Shown piece by piece: positions 19,712 through 28,145 of a stretch of 64,000 bases of DNA. The stretch lies in assembly GCA_963833225.1 (NCBI GenBank), contig CAWHXD010000019.1:736001-800000 (forward strand), read 5' to 3'. A program made the position numbers and the translations under genes. How positions within the stretch are numbered: the first letter of the stretch is position 1; every line of letters starts with the position of its first letter. Below the pieces are notes generated by a model. That model did no database searches, was not told where the DNA came from, and worked only from the letters and a program-made list of their open reading frames with translations. This DNA comes from an uncultured Chloroflexia bacterium. GTDB taxonomy: Bacteria > Chloroflexota > Limnocylindria > Limnocylindrales > CSP1-4.

Positions 19712-20798
19712 TCATGTCAAGTCCCCGGTCCGTCGGGCGTCCCGGAGCATGGTTCGGTAGATCGCGTCGGAGAGGTGGCGCTTGAGGACGCGCATAGCCT
19801 CTCGACGAGTGTGGCCATGTGCGCGGGCCTGGTCGTGGATCTGGCGGGCGCGGGGTTCGTAGCGGAGCTGGATCATCGCGATGCGGTAGATGGCGGCGTT
19901 GAGGCGCCGGTTGCCGCCGCGGGAGAGGCGGTGCCGGACGGGCGCGTTCTCGCCCTCGCCCGAGCTGGCCGGGATCGGCGCGGTGCCGTTGAACCGGGCA
20001 AAGCCGGCCTCTGTGAAGCGTCGGATGTCGCCGACCTCGACGATGATCTCGGCCGCGGCGCGGGGCGCGATGCCGACGAGCTCGGTGAGCGTCGACTTCG
20101 TCTCACGCGACCAGGGTGGTGAGTTCGGCGGTGGCCGCCTTGTCCTGCTCGAGGACGTCGCGCAGCATCGCCACGCGGTGCTCGATCAGCCGCAGCCGCA
20201 GGGCGACCGTGGGGTCGGTGACGCCGGAGGTGTCGAGCCGACGCAGCGAGTTCACGCGAGCGCTCACCGTCTTCGCTGGCCGGAGCTGGGCGCGCAGGTC
20301 CTCGGGCAGGTCGTGCACGAGGGCGTCGAGCTCGCCGAGGAGCTGGACGCGGACCTTGGTGAGGGAAGTGCGGGCGTTGTGCCACAGGGCGATCCGGTCG
20401 CGGACCGAGTCCGGCGCCGCCGATACCGCGTGCTTGAACGCCCGAGCGAGACGAGGGTTCGTCTGCGTCTCCGCGGCGATCCGGTGTGAGTCGAGCCGGT
20501 CGGACTTGCCCTCGTGACGGCCGCGCTGGCGGGCCGTCGTCTTGTGCGGCGGCACGTCGCGAACATCGCATCCGGCCTCGACGAGGAACTCGGCCAGGTG
20601 CCGGCCGAGCCCGCTGGCGCCCTCGACGCCCCAGCGATCGGCCGGGCCGAGCCCGGCAGCCCACGCCAGGCCGGCGTCATGCCCTTCGCGCGTGTTCGGG
20701 AAGTGGGCGTGTCCGAGCTCGCCGCCGCGCGAGTCGAGCACGGTCGCCGTGAACGTCTTGCGGTGCGGGTCGACGCCGACGATGTTGGGTGCCGTCAT
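19712..20798 (-). CDS. IS110 DEDD recombinase (frameshift near 20105)
   Basis: VGVDPH, GVEG, GKSDRLD; C-terminal GTAPIPASSG and GGNRRLN in the shifted frame. Confidence 0.9.
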
Positions 20799-20819
20799 GT
20801 AGTCGCCTCCAGGGTTCTG

Positions 20820-21030
20820 ACCGTCGTGGGGGAGGGACCGCGCGACGACATCCCAGTCGAGGGATCGACGCTCTCATCAGGTCAGCACGGTCCTCGGGCG
20901 ACCGTGCCGGGGTCGACACTTCAAACGGAACACCGCCACCAAATCGAGGTGGCGCCGGAGATCTCCTTCGAGTCAGGCCTCGGCACGGTCACCCACCGTA
21001 CGGGCCGCCGTCGCGGTCCTTCCGGCAGGG
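20820..21030 (-). ncRNA. putative IS110 bridge RNA
   Basis: non-coding leader with stem-loops and segments matching target (AAGGAGATC, CGTTTGA) and donor (ATGAGAGCGTC); ends approximate. Confidence 0.75.
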
Positions 21031-22195
21031 ACCACTTCAACACCAGGATCTCCTTGTTGAGCCGCTCGAGCGGGTTCGTGCTGCGGATCTTCGCCCGGTG
21101 GGTCTCAGGGAAGCTGAAGTGGGCGAGGAGATCGGGCTCGGCGTCGGCGAGCAGCTCGGCGACCGCCGCGAACCGCGGCCGGAGGCCCTCGAGGACCGCG
21201 TCGACCTGGCTGCGGGCCGACCGCTCGTCGGGCTGCTCGAACACCAGCCGGATGGCACTCGCGACCATGCTCCGGGCACTCCGGGGCACGAGGTCCTGGG
21301 CGTTGCGGGTGAAGTGCACCCGGCACCGCTGCCAGGAGGCTCCGAGCAGCTGCTCCCGGATCGCCTTCACCAGTCCGGCGTGGTCGTCGCTGATCACCAG
21401 GCGGACGCCCCGGAGGCCCCGCTCGACACAGGCCGCGGATGAAGGCTGGCCAGGCTGAGCCCTCGTCGTGCCCGGGCGACAGCTCGACTGCCAGCACCCG
21501 GCGCTCGCCACTCATCGCGACCCCGACCGCGACCAGCGCCGCCATCGACACCACCCGACCTGCCTCACGCACCTTGAGGTACGTGGCGTCGAGCCACAGG
21601 TACGGGTACGCGGTGTCACCCAGCGGCCGGCTGCGGAACGCCTCGACCTCGGCGTCGAGCGCCGCGCAGATGCGGCTGACCTCGCTCTTGCTGATGCCCT
21701 CGATGCCCAGGGCGCGGACGAGGTCGTCGACACGCCTCGTGGACACGCCCGACACGTACGCCTCCTGGACCACGGCGAGCAGCGCGCGCTCGGCTCGTCG
21801 CCGCGGCTCCAGCAGGCTCGGGAAGTACGAGCCGTCGCGGACTCGTGGGATCGCGAGCTCGACGGTGCCCACGCGGGTGTCCCAGCGCCGATCGCGGTAC
21901 CCGTTGCGACGGGTGAGGCGGCGCTCCGGATCCCGCTCGCCATGGGGGAGGCCGGTGAGCTCGGTCACCTCGGCCTCCATCACCGCCTGGGCGAGCACCC
22001 GCACGCCCTCGCGCAGAAAATCCTGGTCGCCCTCGGCGATCGCCTTGCGCACCGTGTCCTAGCACGGCCATCCTGTCCTCGGCCATCTCGGTGTTCTCCG
22101 TGTCGTCGGTTGCTAGTCCAACGACGCGAGGATGACGCGGTGGCCGTTTCCGTTCACGGCCTCAGCGCTGTGACACCAAGTCTGGGGACATGACC

Positions 22196-22364
22196 AGGGC
22201 CGGGAGCCCCAGTCCGGGTTGCCGTGGATGCGGATGGCGCCCCGGTGACCCTCGTCGCAGGCGATCGGCCGGTTCGGGATGGCGAGCGGCGGCCGGCCGC
22301 CGATCCGGCGGGCAGGCGGCGGAACGAGCGCGAGAGGCGGCGGGAGCGGGAGCGCGACGGCCAT
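22196..22364 (-). pseudogene. N-terminus of the Mutator-like transposase
   Basis: MAVALP..CDEGH..GSRP joins in frame to FRRPRFQC..H..GVACSAC when IS256 and one TSD copy are removed. Confidence 0.8.
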
Positions 22365-22538
22365 CGGCCAGACCGTGGCAGATCCGCGTGCCACCTTCCA
22401 TGACACGGGAGACCCACCGGGCCTACTTCATAACGAGGAGGTTTCACACACTGGGTGGCGCAGTTGTACAGCCACTCAACTGCGCCACCGGGTGTGGGAA
22501 ACCCAGCACCGGTCGTACTCCGGCGGTGCGGGACTTGC

Positions 22539-22581
22539 ATAATAGGATTGACAACAAGGCAAAAGTTGCATAGTCTATTAT
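22539..22581 (+). promoter_or_regulatory. sigma70 promoter and operator of hipBA
   Basis: TTGACA 22548, 17-bp spacer, TAGTCT 22571; flanked by ATAATAG/CTATTAT inverted repeat. Confidence 0.7.
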
Positions 22582-22583
22582 CC

Positions 22584-22901
22584 ATGCCTAACCGGACGCT
22601 TCCTCCGTACCCGCGCTACACCAGGCTCGCCGCCGACCTCGGTGAGCGGATCCGCCTCGCCCGGCTGCGCCGCCGCATGACTGCGGACCAGATGGCCGAA
22701 CGGATGGGGGTGACCCGTGTCACCTTGCACCGGCTGGAGCAGGGCAATCTGTCTGTCGGCTTCGGGGTTCTCGTCCGAGCGCTCGGGGTACTCGGTCTGG
22801 AGGAGGACATCGCGGCGATCGCGGCCGACGACGAACTCGGCAGGCAGCTCGCTGATGCGGCGGTCAAGCCGACCTATCGGCCGAGAAGGAACGCGCCGTG
22901 A
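22584..22901 (+). CDS. XRE-family HTH antitoxin (HipB-like)
   Basis: LGERIRLARLRRRMT..MAERMGVTRVTLHRLEQG; GTGA overlap with hipA. Confidence 0.88.
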   Translation: MPNRTLPPYPRYTRLAADLGERIRLARLRRRMTADQMAERMGVTRVTLHRLEQGNLSVGFGVLVRALGVLGLEEDIAAIAADDELGRQLADAAVKPTYRPRRNAP

Positions 22902-24136
22902 CCAGCAGCGAACTCGACACGGTCTCCGTGGAACTCGACGCAGCAGAACTCGGTGGTCCACTGGCCATCGGCACCCTGCGACGAACGCGCGCCCCGGGTG
23001 GCTCGCTCGTCGGCTTCGCCTACAGTGACGACTGGCTCGCCCGGCGTGACGCGTTCACGATCGACCCCCTGCACGGGCTCTTTCCAGGTGACCAGTGGCC
23101 GCGCGACGGGAAGATTGACCGCATCTTCACCGACGCGGCAACCGATCGCTGGGGCCGGACCCTGCTTGCCAGGCGCGAGGCACACCTCGCGCGGACCGAG
23201 CGGCGGCCACGGCGGACCCTCGACGAATGGGACTACCTCCTCAGGATCTCCGACGTCTCCCGGATGGGTGCGCTGCGCTTCCGCACGCCCGGCGGTCCCT
23301 ACCTCGACGAGAACGACGGCGTGCCGCCGATGACGCGCCTGCCGGAGCTGCTCTCTGCCGCCCACGAGATCGAGCGCCCCCGCAGTGCGAATTGGGAGGC
23401 CGAGAGCCTGGCCCTCCTGCTCGCCCCGGGCAGTTCGTTGGGCGGTGCTCGACCGAAGGCAAGCTACGTGGACCCCGACGGGTCGCTCTGGATCGCGAAG
23501 TTTCCCTCGCGGACCGACCAGCGCGACATGGCCACATGCGAGTACGTGCTGAACGAGATCGCGGCTGCGGCCGGGATCGACGTGCCCGAGCATCGGCTCC
23601 TGAGCATCGGCGAGGGTCGCCATTCGTTCGCCGCAAAGCGATTCGACCGGACCCCATCAACCCGACGTCTCTATGCCTCGTCAATGACGCTCCTCTCGCG
23701 CCGCGACAGGGAGGAGGCGAGCTACCTCGACATCGCCCTCGCGATCGCGGACCACGGGGAGACTGGCGCGATCAACGACATGCTCGCGGAGATGTTCCGG
23801 CGCGTGGTGTTCAACGTCGCCGTCGCTCATCGCGATGACCATCTCCGCAACCACGGGTTCATCAGGACGCCCCGCGGCTGGCGGCTGGCGCCGGCGTTCG
23901 ATCTGAACCCGATGCCCGAGATCCCCGAGCATGCGCTCGCGATCGACGACGCCGATCACACCGGAGACCTTGACCTCGTGTCGAGCACGGCCGCGTTCTA
24001 CCGCCTGCCCGAGCAGCGGGCGTCCGCAGTCATCGACGAGGTCATGACGGCGGTCAAGGCGTGGAAGACGCCAGCCCGGAAGGTGGGGCTCGGCCCGGTC
24101 GAGATGGACACGATCGCCGAGGCGGTGGAACGGTGA
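22898..24136 (+). CDS. hipA: HipA-family kinase toxin
   Basis: GSSLGGARPK P-loop, WIAKFP, RFDR, DDHLRNHGF, LAPAFD. Confidence 0.93.
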   Translation: MTSSELDTVSVELDAAELGGPLAIGTLRRTRAPGGSLVGFAYSDDWLARRDAFTIDPLHGLFPGDQWPRDGKIDRIFTDAATDRWGRTLLARREAHLARTERRPRRTLDEWDYLLRISDVSRMGALRFRTPGGPYLDENDGVPPMTRLPELLSAAHEIERPRSANWEAESLALLLAPGSSLGGARPKASYVDPDGSLWIAKFPSRTDQRDMATCEYVLNEIAAAAGIDVPEHRLLSIGEGRHSFAAKRFDRTPSTRRLYASSMTLLSRRDREEASYLDIALAIADHGETGAINDMLAEMFRRVVFNVAVAHRDDHLRNHGFIRTPRGWRLAPAFDLNPMPEIPEHALAIDDADHTGDLDLVSSTAAFYRLPEQRASAVIDEVMTAVKAWKTPARKVGLGPVEMDTIAEAVER

Positions 24137-24254
24137 GACCGGCTTGCCAGCCGCCGTGCTCCTCGAGATGGCCACGGTCTCGCGCGATCGTTCGACATGG
24201 CGTCGATGCCGAGGTTTCCCACACCCGGTGGCGCAGTTGGGGCATCCCTCGCGC

Positions 24255-24284
24255 TTGACATGTGACTCGTTGGTCACCTATTGT
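24255..24284 (+). promoter_or_regulatory. sigma70 promoter with ArsR-type operator
   Basis: TTGACA-N18-TATTGT; GTGAC-N6-GTCAC palindrome in the spacer; ATG 7 nt after the -10. Confidence 0.7.
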
Positions 24285-24291
24285 CTCCGGC

Positions 24292-25086
24292 ATGGACGAC
24301 GAGGTGTTTCGCGCGCTGGCCGACGCCAGTCGCCGGACGCTGCTCGACCGGCTCTTCGAGCGCGATGGCCAGACGCTTGGAGAGCTGGAGGCCGCGCTGC
24401 CGGCGATGACCCGGTTCGGCGTGATGAAGCACCTCCGCGTCCTCGAGGCGGCGAACCTCGTGACCAGCCGCAAGGTCGGTCGGGAGCGCCACCACTACCT
24501 CAACCCCGTCCCCATCCGACGGGTCCACGACCGGTGGCTGGACCGCTACGCGATCCGTGCCGCCGACCTGCTCGACGACTTCAAGACCCTGCTGGAGATC
24601 GATCCGATGACGTCCCCCGACACTGCCGACACCGCCGCGACGGCCGCTGAGGCCGCTCCACGCCACGTCTTCGCCACGTTCATCCGCGCCACGCCCGAGG
24701 CGATCTGGCGCGCGCTCACCGAGTCCGACTTCACGACCCGCTACTGGTACGGCTCCACCGTCCACTCCGAGTGGACCGTCGGTGCTCCATGGGAGCTCCA
24801 CACGGCAAGCGGCGACCTCGGGATCACGGGCGAGGTGCTCGAGGCCGACCCGCCGCACCGGCTCGTTGTCAGCTACAAGCAGGCCTGGGGCGGGGGCGAC
24901 GAGCCGCTGTCGCGCGTCACGTTCGAGGTCGGGAGCGCGGGCCCGGGCGTCCAGAAGCTGACGGTGGTCCACGAGACCGAGCCCGGCACCTCGACCCAGA
25001 TCGCCGACGTCGCCGCCGGCTGGCCGTTCATCCTCGCGGGGCTCAAGACCCTGCTCGAGACCGGCGAGCCCATGGCGGCCGGCTGA
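24292..25086 (+). CDS. ArsR regulator-SRPBCC (AHSA1) fusion
   Basis: FRALADASRR..MKHLRVLEAANLV; IRATPEAIWRALT..GWPFILAGLKTLLETG. Confidence 0.9.
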   Translation: MDDEVFRALADASRRTLLDRLFERDGQTLGELEAALPAMTRFGVMKHLRVLEAANLVTSRKVGRERHHYLNPVPIRRVHDRWLDRYAIRAADLLDDFKTLLEIDPMTSPDTADTAATAAEAAPRHVFATFIRATPEAIWRALTESDFTTRYWYGSTVHSEWTVGAPWELHTASGDLGITGEVLEADPPHRLVVSYKQAWGGGDEPLSRVTFEVGSAGPGVQKLTVVHETEPGTSTQIADVAAGWPFILAGLKTLLETGEPMAAG

Positions 25087-25137
25087 CCACGCATTCGACC
25101 GACCACCCACCGCGACCGATACAGGAGGCACTCCCAA

Positions 25138-25590
25138 ATGACCGACATGAAGAAGCCCGCCAAGGCGTCCGAGGGATTCACCGCCGAGGAACGGGAGGCA
25201 ATGCAGGAGCGCGCCCGCGAGCTCAAGTCCACCAGGCGGGGCTCGAAAGGCGATCCCGCCGCCGACCTGGCCGACCTGCTCGCGAAGATCGCCGAGATGC
25301 CGGAGCCAGACCGCTCGATGGCGGAGCGCGTCCACGGCATCGTCCTGGCCGCCGCGCCAGAGCTCAGGCCGAAGACCTGGTACGGGATGCCGGCCTACTA
25401 CAAGGACGGCAAGTGCATCTGCTTCTTCCAGGCCGCCGCGAAGTTCAAGGTGCGCTACGCGACGTTCGGCTTGCAGCCCGACGCGAAGGTGGACGAAGGC
25501 TCGATGTGGCCGGTCGCCTACGCGCTGACCGAGCTGACCCCGGACGCGGAGGCCAGGATCACCGAGCTCGTCAAGAAGGCGATCGGCTGA
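25138..25590 (+). CDS. DUF1801-family protein
   Basis: WYGMPAY, CFFQ, RYATFG; AGGAGG RBS. Confidence 0.85.
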   Translation: MTDMKKPAKASEGFTAEEREAMQERARELKSTRRGSKGDPAADLADLLAKIAEMPEPDRSMAERVHGIVLAAAPELRPKTWYGMPAYYKDGKCICFFQAAAKFKVRYATFGLQPDAKVDEGSMWPVAYALTELTPDAEARITELVKKAIG

Positions 25591-25946
25591 GGTCGGACTG
25601 CCCCCGGCAGCGGCCGCCGCGGGGCCGCAGGGCCCCCCCGGAAGCCACGTGTCGGCGCGTCGTGTCTTGGCGGTCACGTCCGTGAGATGTCGATACGCAC
25701 CTTGTCGGCGGCGTCATGCGGCTGCCGGTCACGGGGCAGTCACCTGTGCCGCTTGCGGTGCGGCTACGCACCGAACGGCGAAGATCGTGCCTGACGCCGA
25801 GCGGGTGTAGCCATTCGTCAGGGTGGACGTGTCGGGCCACCACGCTACGGTCTCTGTTGGTGGAGGCGTAGACGACCAGTTGTGACAGGCAGCCTGTCAC
25901 GGTGGCGCCGCCCAAGGGCAACAGAACCGGAGATCGCCGAACCTCG

Positions 25947-27548
25947 ATGAAGAGCGGATCGCAGAACCTCGCCGCGTTCACCCCTGGAGCGCCCTTGAGT
26001 CGCGTCATCGCCCTCACGGCCGCAGTCGGCCTGTCACTCGTTCTCACCGTGTCGGCTTCGGCTGCCGGGCCGGGCGTCACCGTGGTCCGCGAGAGGGCCG
26101 TCAGCGCGGCCCCGACGAGCAGCTCGAGCCGAACTCGGGAGCCGATCGTCGCCGCTCATCCGACGGATCCGACCCGGATCGCGGTGACCTATCCGCGGGG
26201 CGACAAGAGCCCGTCGAATGTCATCGCCATCTCGCATGACAGCGGCAAGACGTTCAAGGCCGCGGCCGGCAATCCAGCGGGCGGCGGCAATCACCCGGCG
26301 ATTGCCTGGGGCAAAGGCCCGAAGGCCGGCTCTGCGCGGCTGTACTACATGGCCTTGACCACGTCGGGCGGGCGTTGCTGCGTCTTTGCCATCTCGCACA
26401 GTGACAATGAGGGGCGGACCTGGTCCGCACCGTTCATCGCCCGGGGCACAACGCCATGGTTCGGCGGCTTCCCTGACCTCACGACCGACGACAACCCGGA
26501 GAGCCCCAACTACGGGACGGTGTACGCCGCCTACAACTGGCCGGCCAACCCGAGCAAGGGGCCGGGCCTGCGGCTGCTGGCTTCATCCGATTACGGCCGC
26601 ACGTTCCACGGCATCGAGGTCCCGGTCGCCAAGCCCAAAGCCGGGTACGGCGATACCTGGCGGATCGACTACCGCGTCGAGGCCGCGCCGGATGGCTCCG
26701 CCTACGTCGCCTTCTACCAGCGTGACGTCCGGTCGTGGAATATCGCCAGTCCCTTCTCCTACGGCGGGCTTTCGAATGTCGGCCGGATCGGCTTCTCGGT
26801 CGCCCACTTCACCTATCATCGCTCCACCGGGAGGTTCTCTCTCGGGCCCACGGTGATGGCGGCGAAGCTGCCGAGGACGGCCTGGAACATCGGCAGCGGG
26901 TCGCCGGTCTCGGGACTGACGGATCCGATGTGGAACTTCGGGCTCGACGTCGACCCGGAGACCGGGGCCGTCTACCTCGCGGTCGGGATCGACGGTGGTG
27001 TCCGGGTCTACCGGAGTACCAACAAGGGCGCCACCTGGGCCTACAGCGCCCTGCCGGCGGCGCGACCCGTGGCCGGACGCAAACAGAAGACGTTCCACCC
27101 GAACGTCGTGGCCGGTGACGGCTTCGTGCTGGTCACCCTGCATACCATCGACCGATCCGGTTCCGGGCGAACGGTGGGCAACGACTACGCCGTCTCGTTC
27201 GACCACGGCAAGACATGGACTCGCCCGAAGGCCATCAGCCCGAGCCGCTGGAAGACCAGGTACTTCTCGTCGACCTACAACGGGGTCGGTCTCCGCGAGC
27301 GCGCGGTCCTCACCGCCGACGGGAAGCACGTGTTCTGGGCGTATGGCGACGGGCGCATGGGCCACTACGGGTTCAGTCGCATCTACGGCACGTCGCTATT
27401 GGTCACGAAGCCGACACCCTCGCCCGACCCGACACCCTCGCCCGACCCGACACCCTCGCCCGACCCGACACCCTCGCCCGACCCGACACCCTCGCCCGAC
27501 CCGACACCCTCGCCCGACCCGACACCCTCGCCATCACCGGCTGGATAG
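25947..27548 (+). CDS. secreted sialidase-like (BNR/Asp-box) beta-propeller protein
   Basis: five SxD/NxGxTW/F Asp boxes; signal peptide; Pro-rich tail. Confidence 0.82.
   Translation: MKSGSQNLAAFTPGAPLSRVIALTAAVGLSLVLTVSASAAGPGVTVVRERAVSAAPTSSSSRTREPIVAAHPTDPTRIAVTYPRGDKSPSNVIAISHDSGKTFKAAAGNPAGGGNHPAIAWGKGPKAGSARLYYMALTTSGGRCCVFAISHSDNEGRTWSAPFIARGTTPWFGGFPDLTTDDNPESPNYGTVYAAYNWPANPSKGPGLRLLASSDYGRTFHGIEVPVAKPKAGYGDTWRIDYRVEAAPDGSAYVAFYQRDVRSWNIASPFSYGGLSNVGRIGFSVAHFTYHRSTGRFSLGPTVMAAKLPRTAWNIGSGSPVSGLTDPMWNFGLDVDPETGAVYLAVGIDGGVRVYRSTNKGATWAYSALPAARPVAGRKQKTFHPNVVAGDGFVLVTLHTIDRSGSGRTVGNDYAVSFDHGKTWTRPKAISPSRWKTRYFSSTYNGVGLRERAVLTADGKHVFWAYGDGRMGHYGFSRIYGTSLLVTKPTPSPDPTPSPDPTPSPDPTPSPDPTPSPDPTPSPDPTPSPSPAG
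27411..27532 (+). repeat. 18-bp coding tandem repeat (PTPSPD x~7)
   Basis: CCGACACCCTCGCCCGAC exact copies. Confidence 0.95.
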
Positions 27549-27681
27549 CCAGCAACCCGAGCGAGCGCGACCGGCGCCGCTGGTGGTGAAGGTCAGATCG
27601 TTCGCCGACACATCGTTGCGGGGGTAGGTGAGGCGACCGCAATCGCCGACCTCGCCGACGCCCGCGCCCGCCAAGACGACA

Positions 27682-27713
27682 GAAGGCCGCCGTGGCGTGA
27701 CACGGCGGCCTTC
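27682..27713. terminator. GC hairpin between convergent genes
   Basis: GAAGGCCGCCGTG / CACGGCGGCCTTC 13-bp stem. Confidence 0.6.
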
Positions 27714-27768
27714 GGCCTATGACCATGGGCAGGGGGACTGCGGCCCTGGCCTCTGCCATGGACCAGGT

Positions 27769-28020
27769 TCATCTGGCGTGGCCGTCCCCGGCGGACTGCG
27801 CGGCTCGAGGAGGCGTGCGGTCCTGTGCGGCCGACTCCATCTTCGCCCGCAGCTGGACCGTCACCAGGTCGTACGTGATCCGGGCCCGGCCAAAGATCGG
27901 GTCGTGGAACATGACGCCAAACGTGGTGTTGACGCGCTCGGTCCCGATCACCCGCAGGTTGGCCGACTTGAGGGCGGCCTTGGCCTTGGAAACATCCTCT
28001 TCCAGCATCGTGCGCCACAC
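27769..28020 (-). CDS. small hypothetical protein
   Basis: 83-aa ORF with protein-like composition. Confidence 0.45.
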   Translation of the reverse strand: MWRTMLEEDVSKAKAALKSANLRVIGTERVNTTFGVMFHDPIFGRARITYDLVTVQLRAKMESAAQDRTPPRAAQSAGDGHAR

Positions 28021-28145
28021 GATGCGACGCGGGCAGGATCACGTCATTACGAGGCGTCATCGCGGTGGCGGGCAGTGCGAGCGGCTGCCGCCGCCAGATT
28101 GCTGCGACATCCCGTAACGGCTGGCTCCACGATGCGAGCGGCGTC

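Larger units (their letters stand above)
19705..21048 (-). mobile_element. IS110-family insertion sequence
   Basis: precise insertion in the IS256 ORF with a 2-bp core (GA on +) at both ends; no long IRs. Confidence 0.92.
19513..22086 (-). pseudogene. IS256 transposase split by IS110 (plus frameshifts)
   Basis: RNGYR, WLDATY, ISDDH, QRCRVHF, STNPLERLNKEI | KRRTGVVGIFPN resumes at 19704. Confidence 0.93.
19474..22195 (-). mobile_element. IS256-family insertion sequence
   Basis: IRs GGTCAAGTCCCAGCACGTGGTGTCACA / GGTCATGTCCCCAGACTTGGTGTCACA; 8-bp TSD AGGGCCGG at 19466-19473 and 22196-22203. Confidence 0.93.
16882..22466 (-). mobile_element. Mutator-like element with perfect 28-bp terminal IRs, interrupted by IS256/IS110
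   Basis: 16882-16909 is the exact reverse complement of 22439-22466; encloses DDE transposase and a passenger gene. Confidence 0.85.
22477..24239. mobile_element. non-autonomous IR-bounded cassette carrying hipBA
   Basis: 22477-22504 and 24212-24239 are 27/28 inverted repeats of the same IR family; no transposase inside. Confidence 0.85.

Noticed and set aside
15865-24239. CRISPR array suggested by 28-bp and 16-bp repeats
   Set aside because: The 28-mers are kilobases apart in both orientations, the 16-mers have no spacers, and there are no cas genes.
16872-24249. Exact target-site duplication for the IR-bounded elements
   Set aside because: Flanks match only 7/10, so they are reported as similarity, not as a TSD.
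25790-25945. Riboswitch upstream of the sialidase-like gene
   Set aside because: A perfect GTGACAGGC/GCCTGTCAC hairpin is present, but I could not match any known aptamer consensus; an Infernal/Rfam scan would decide.
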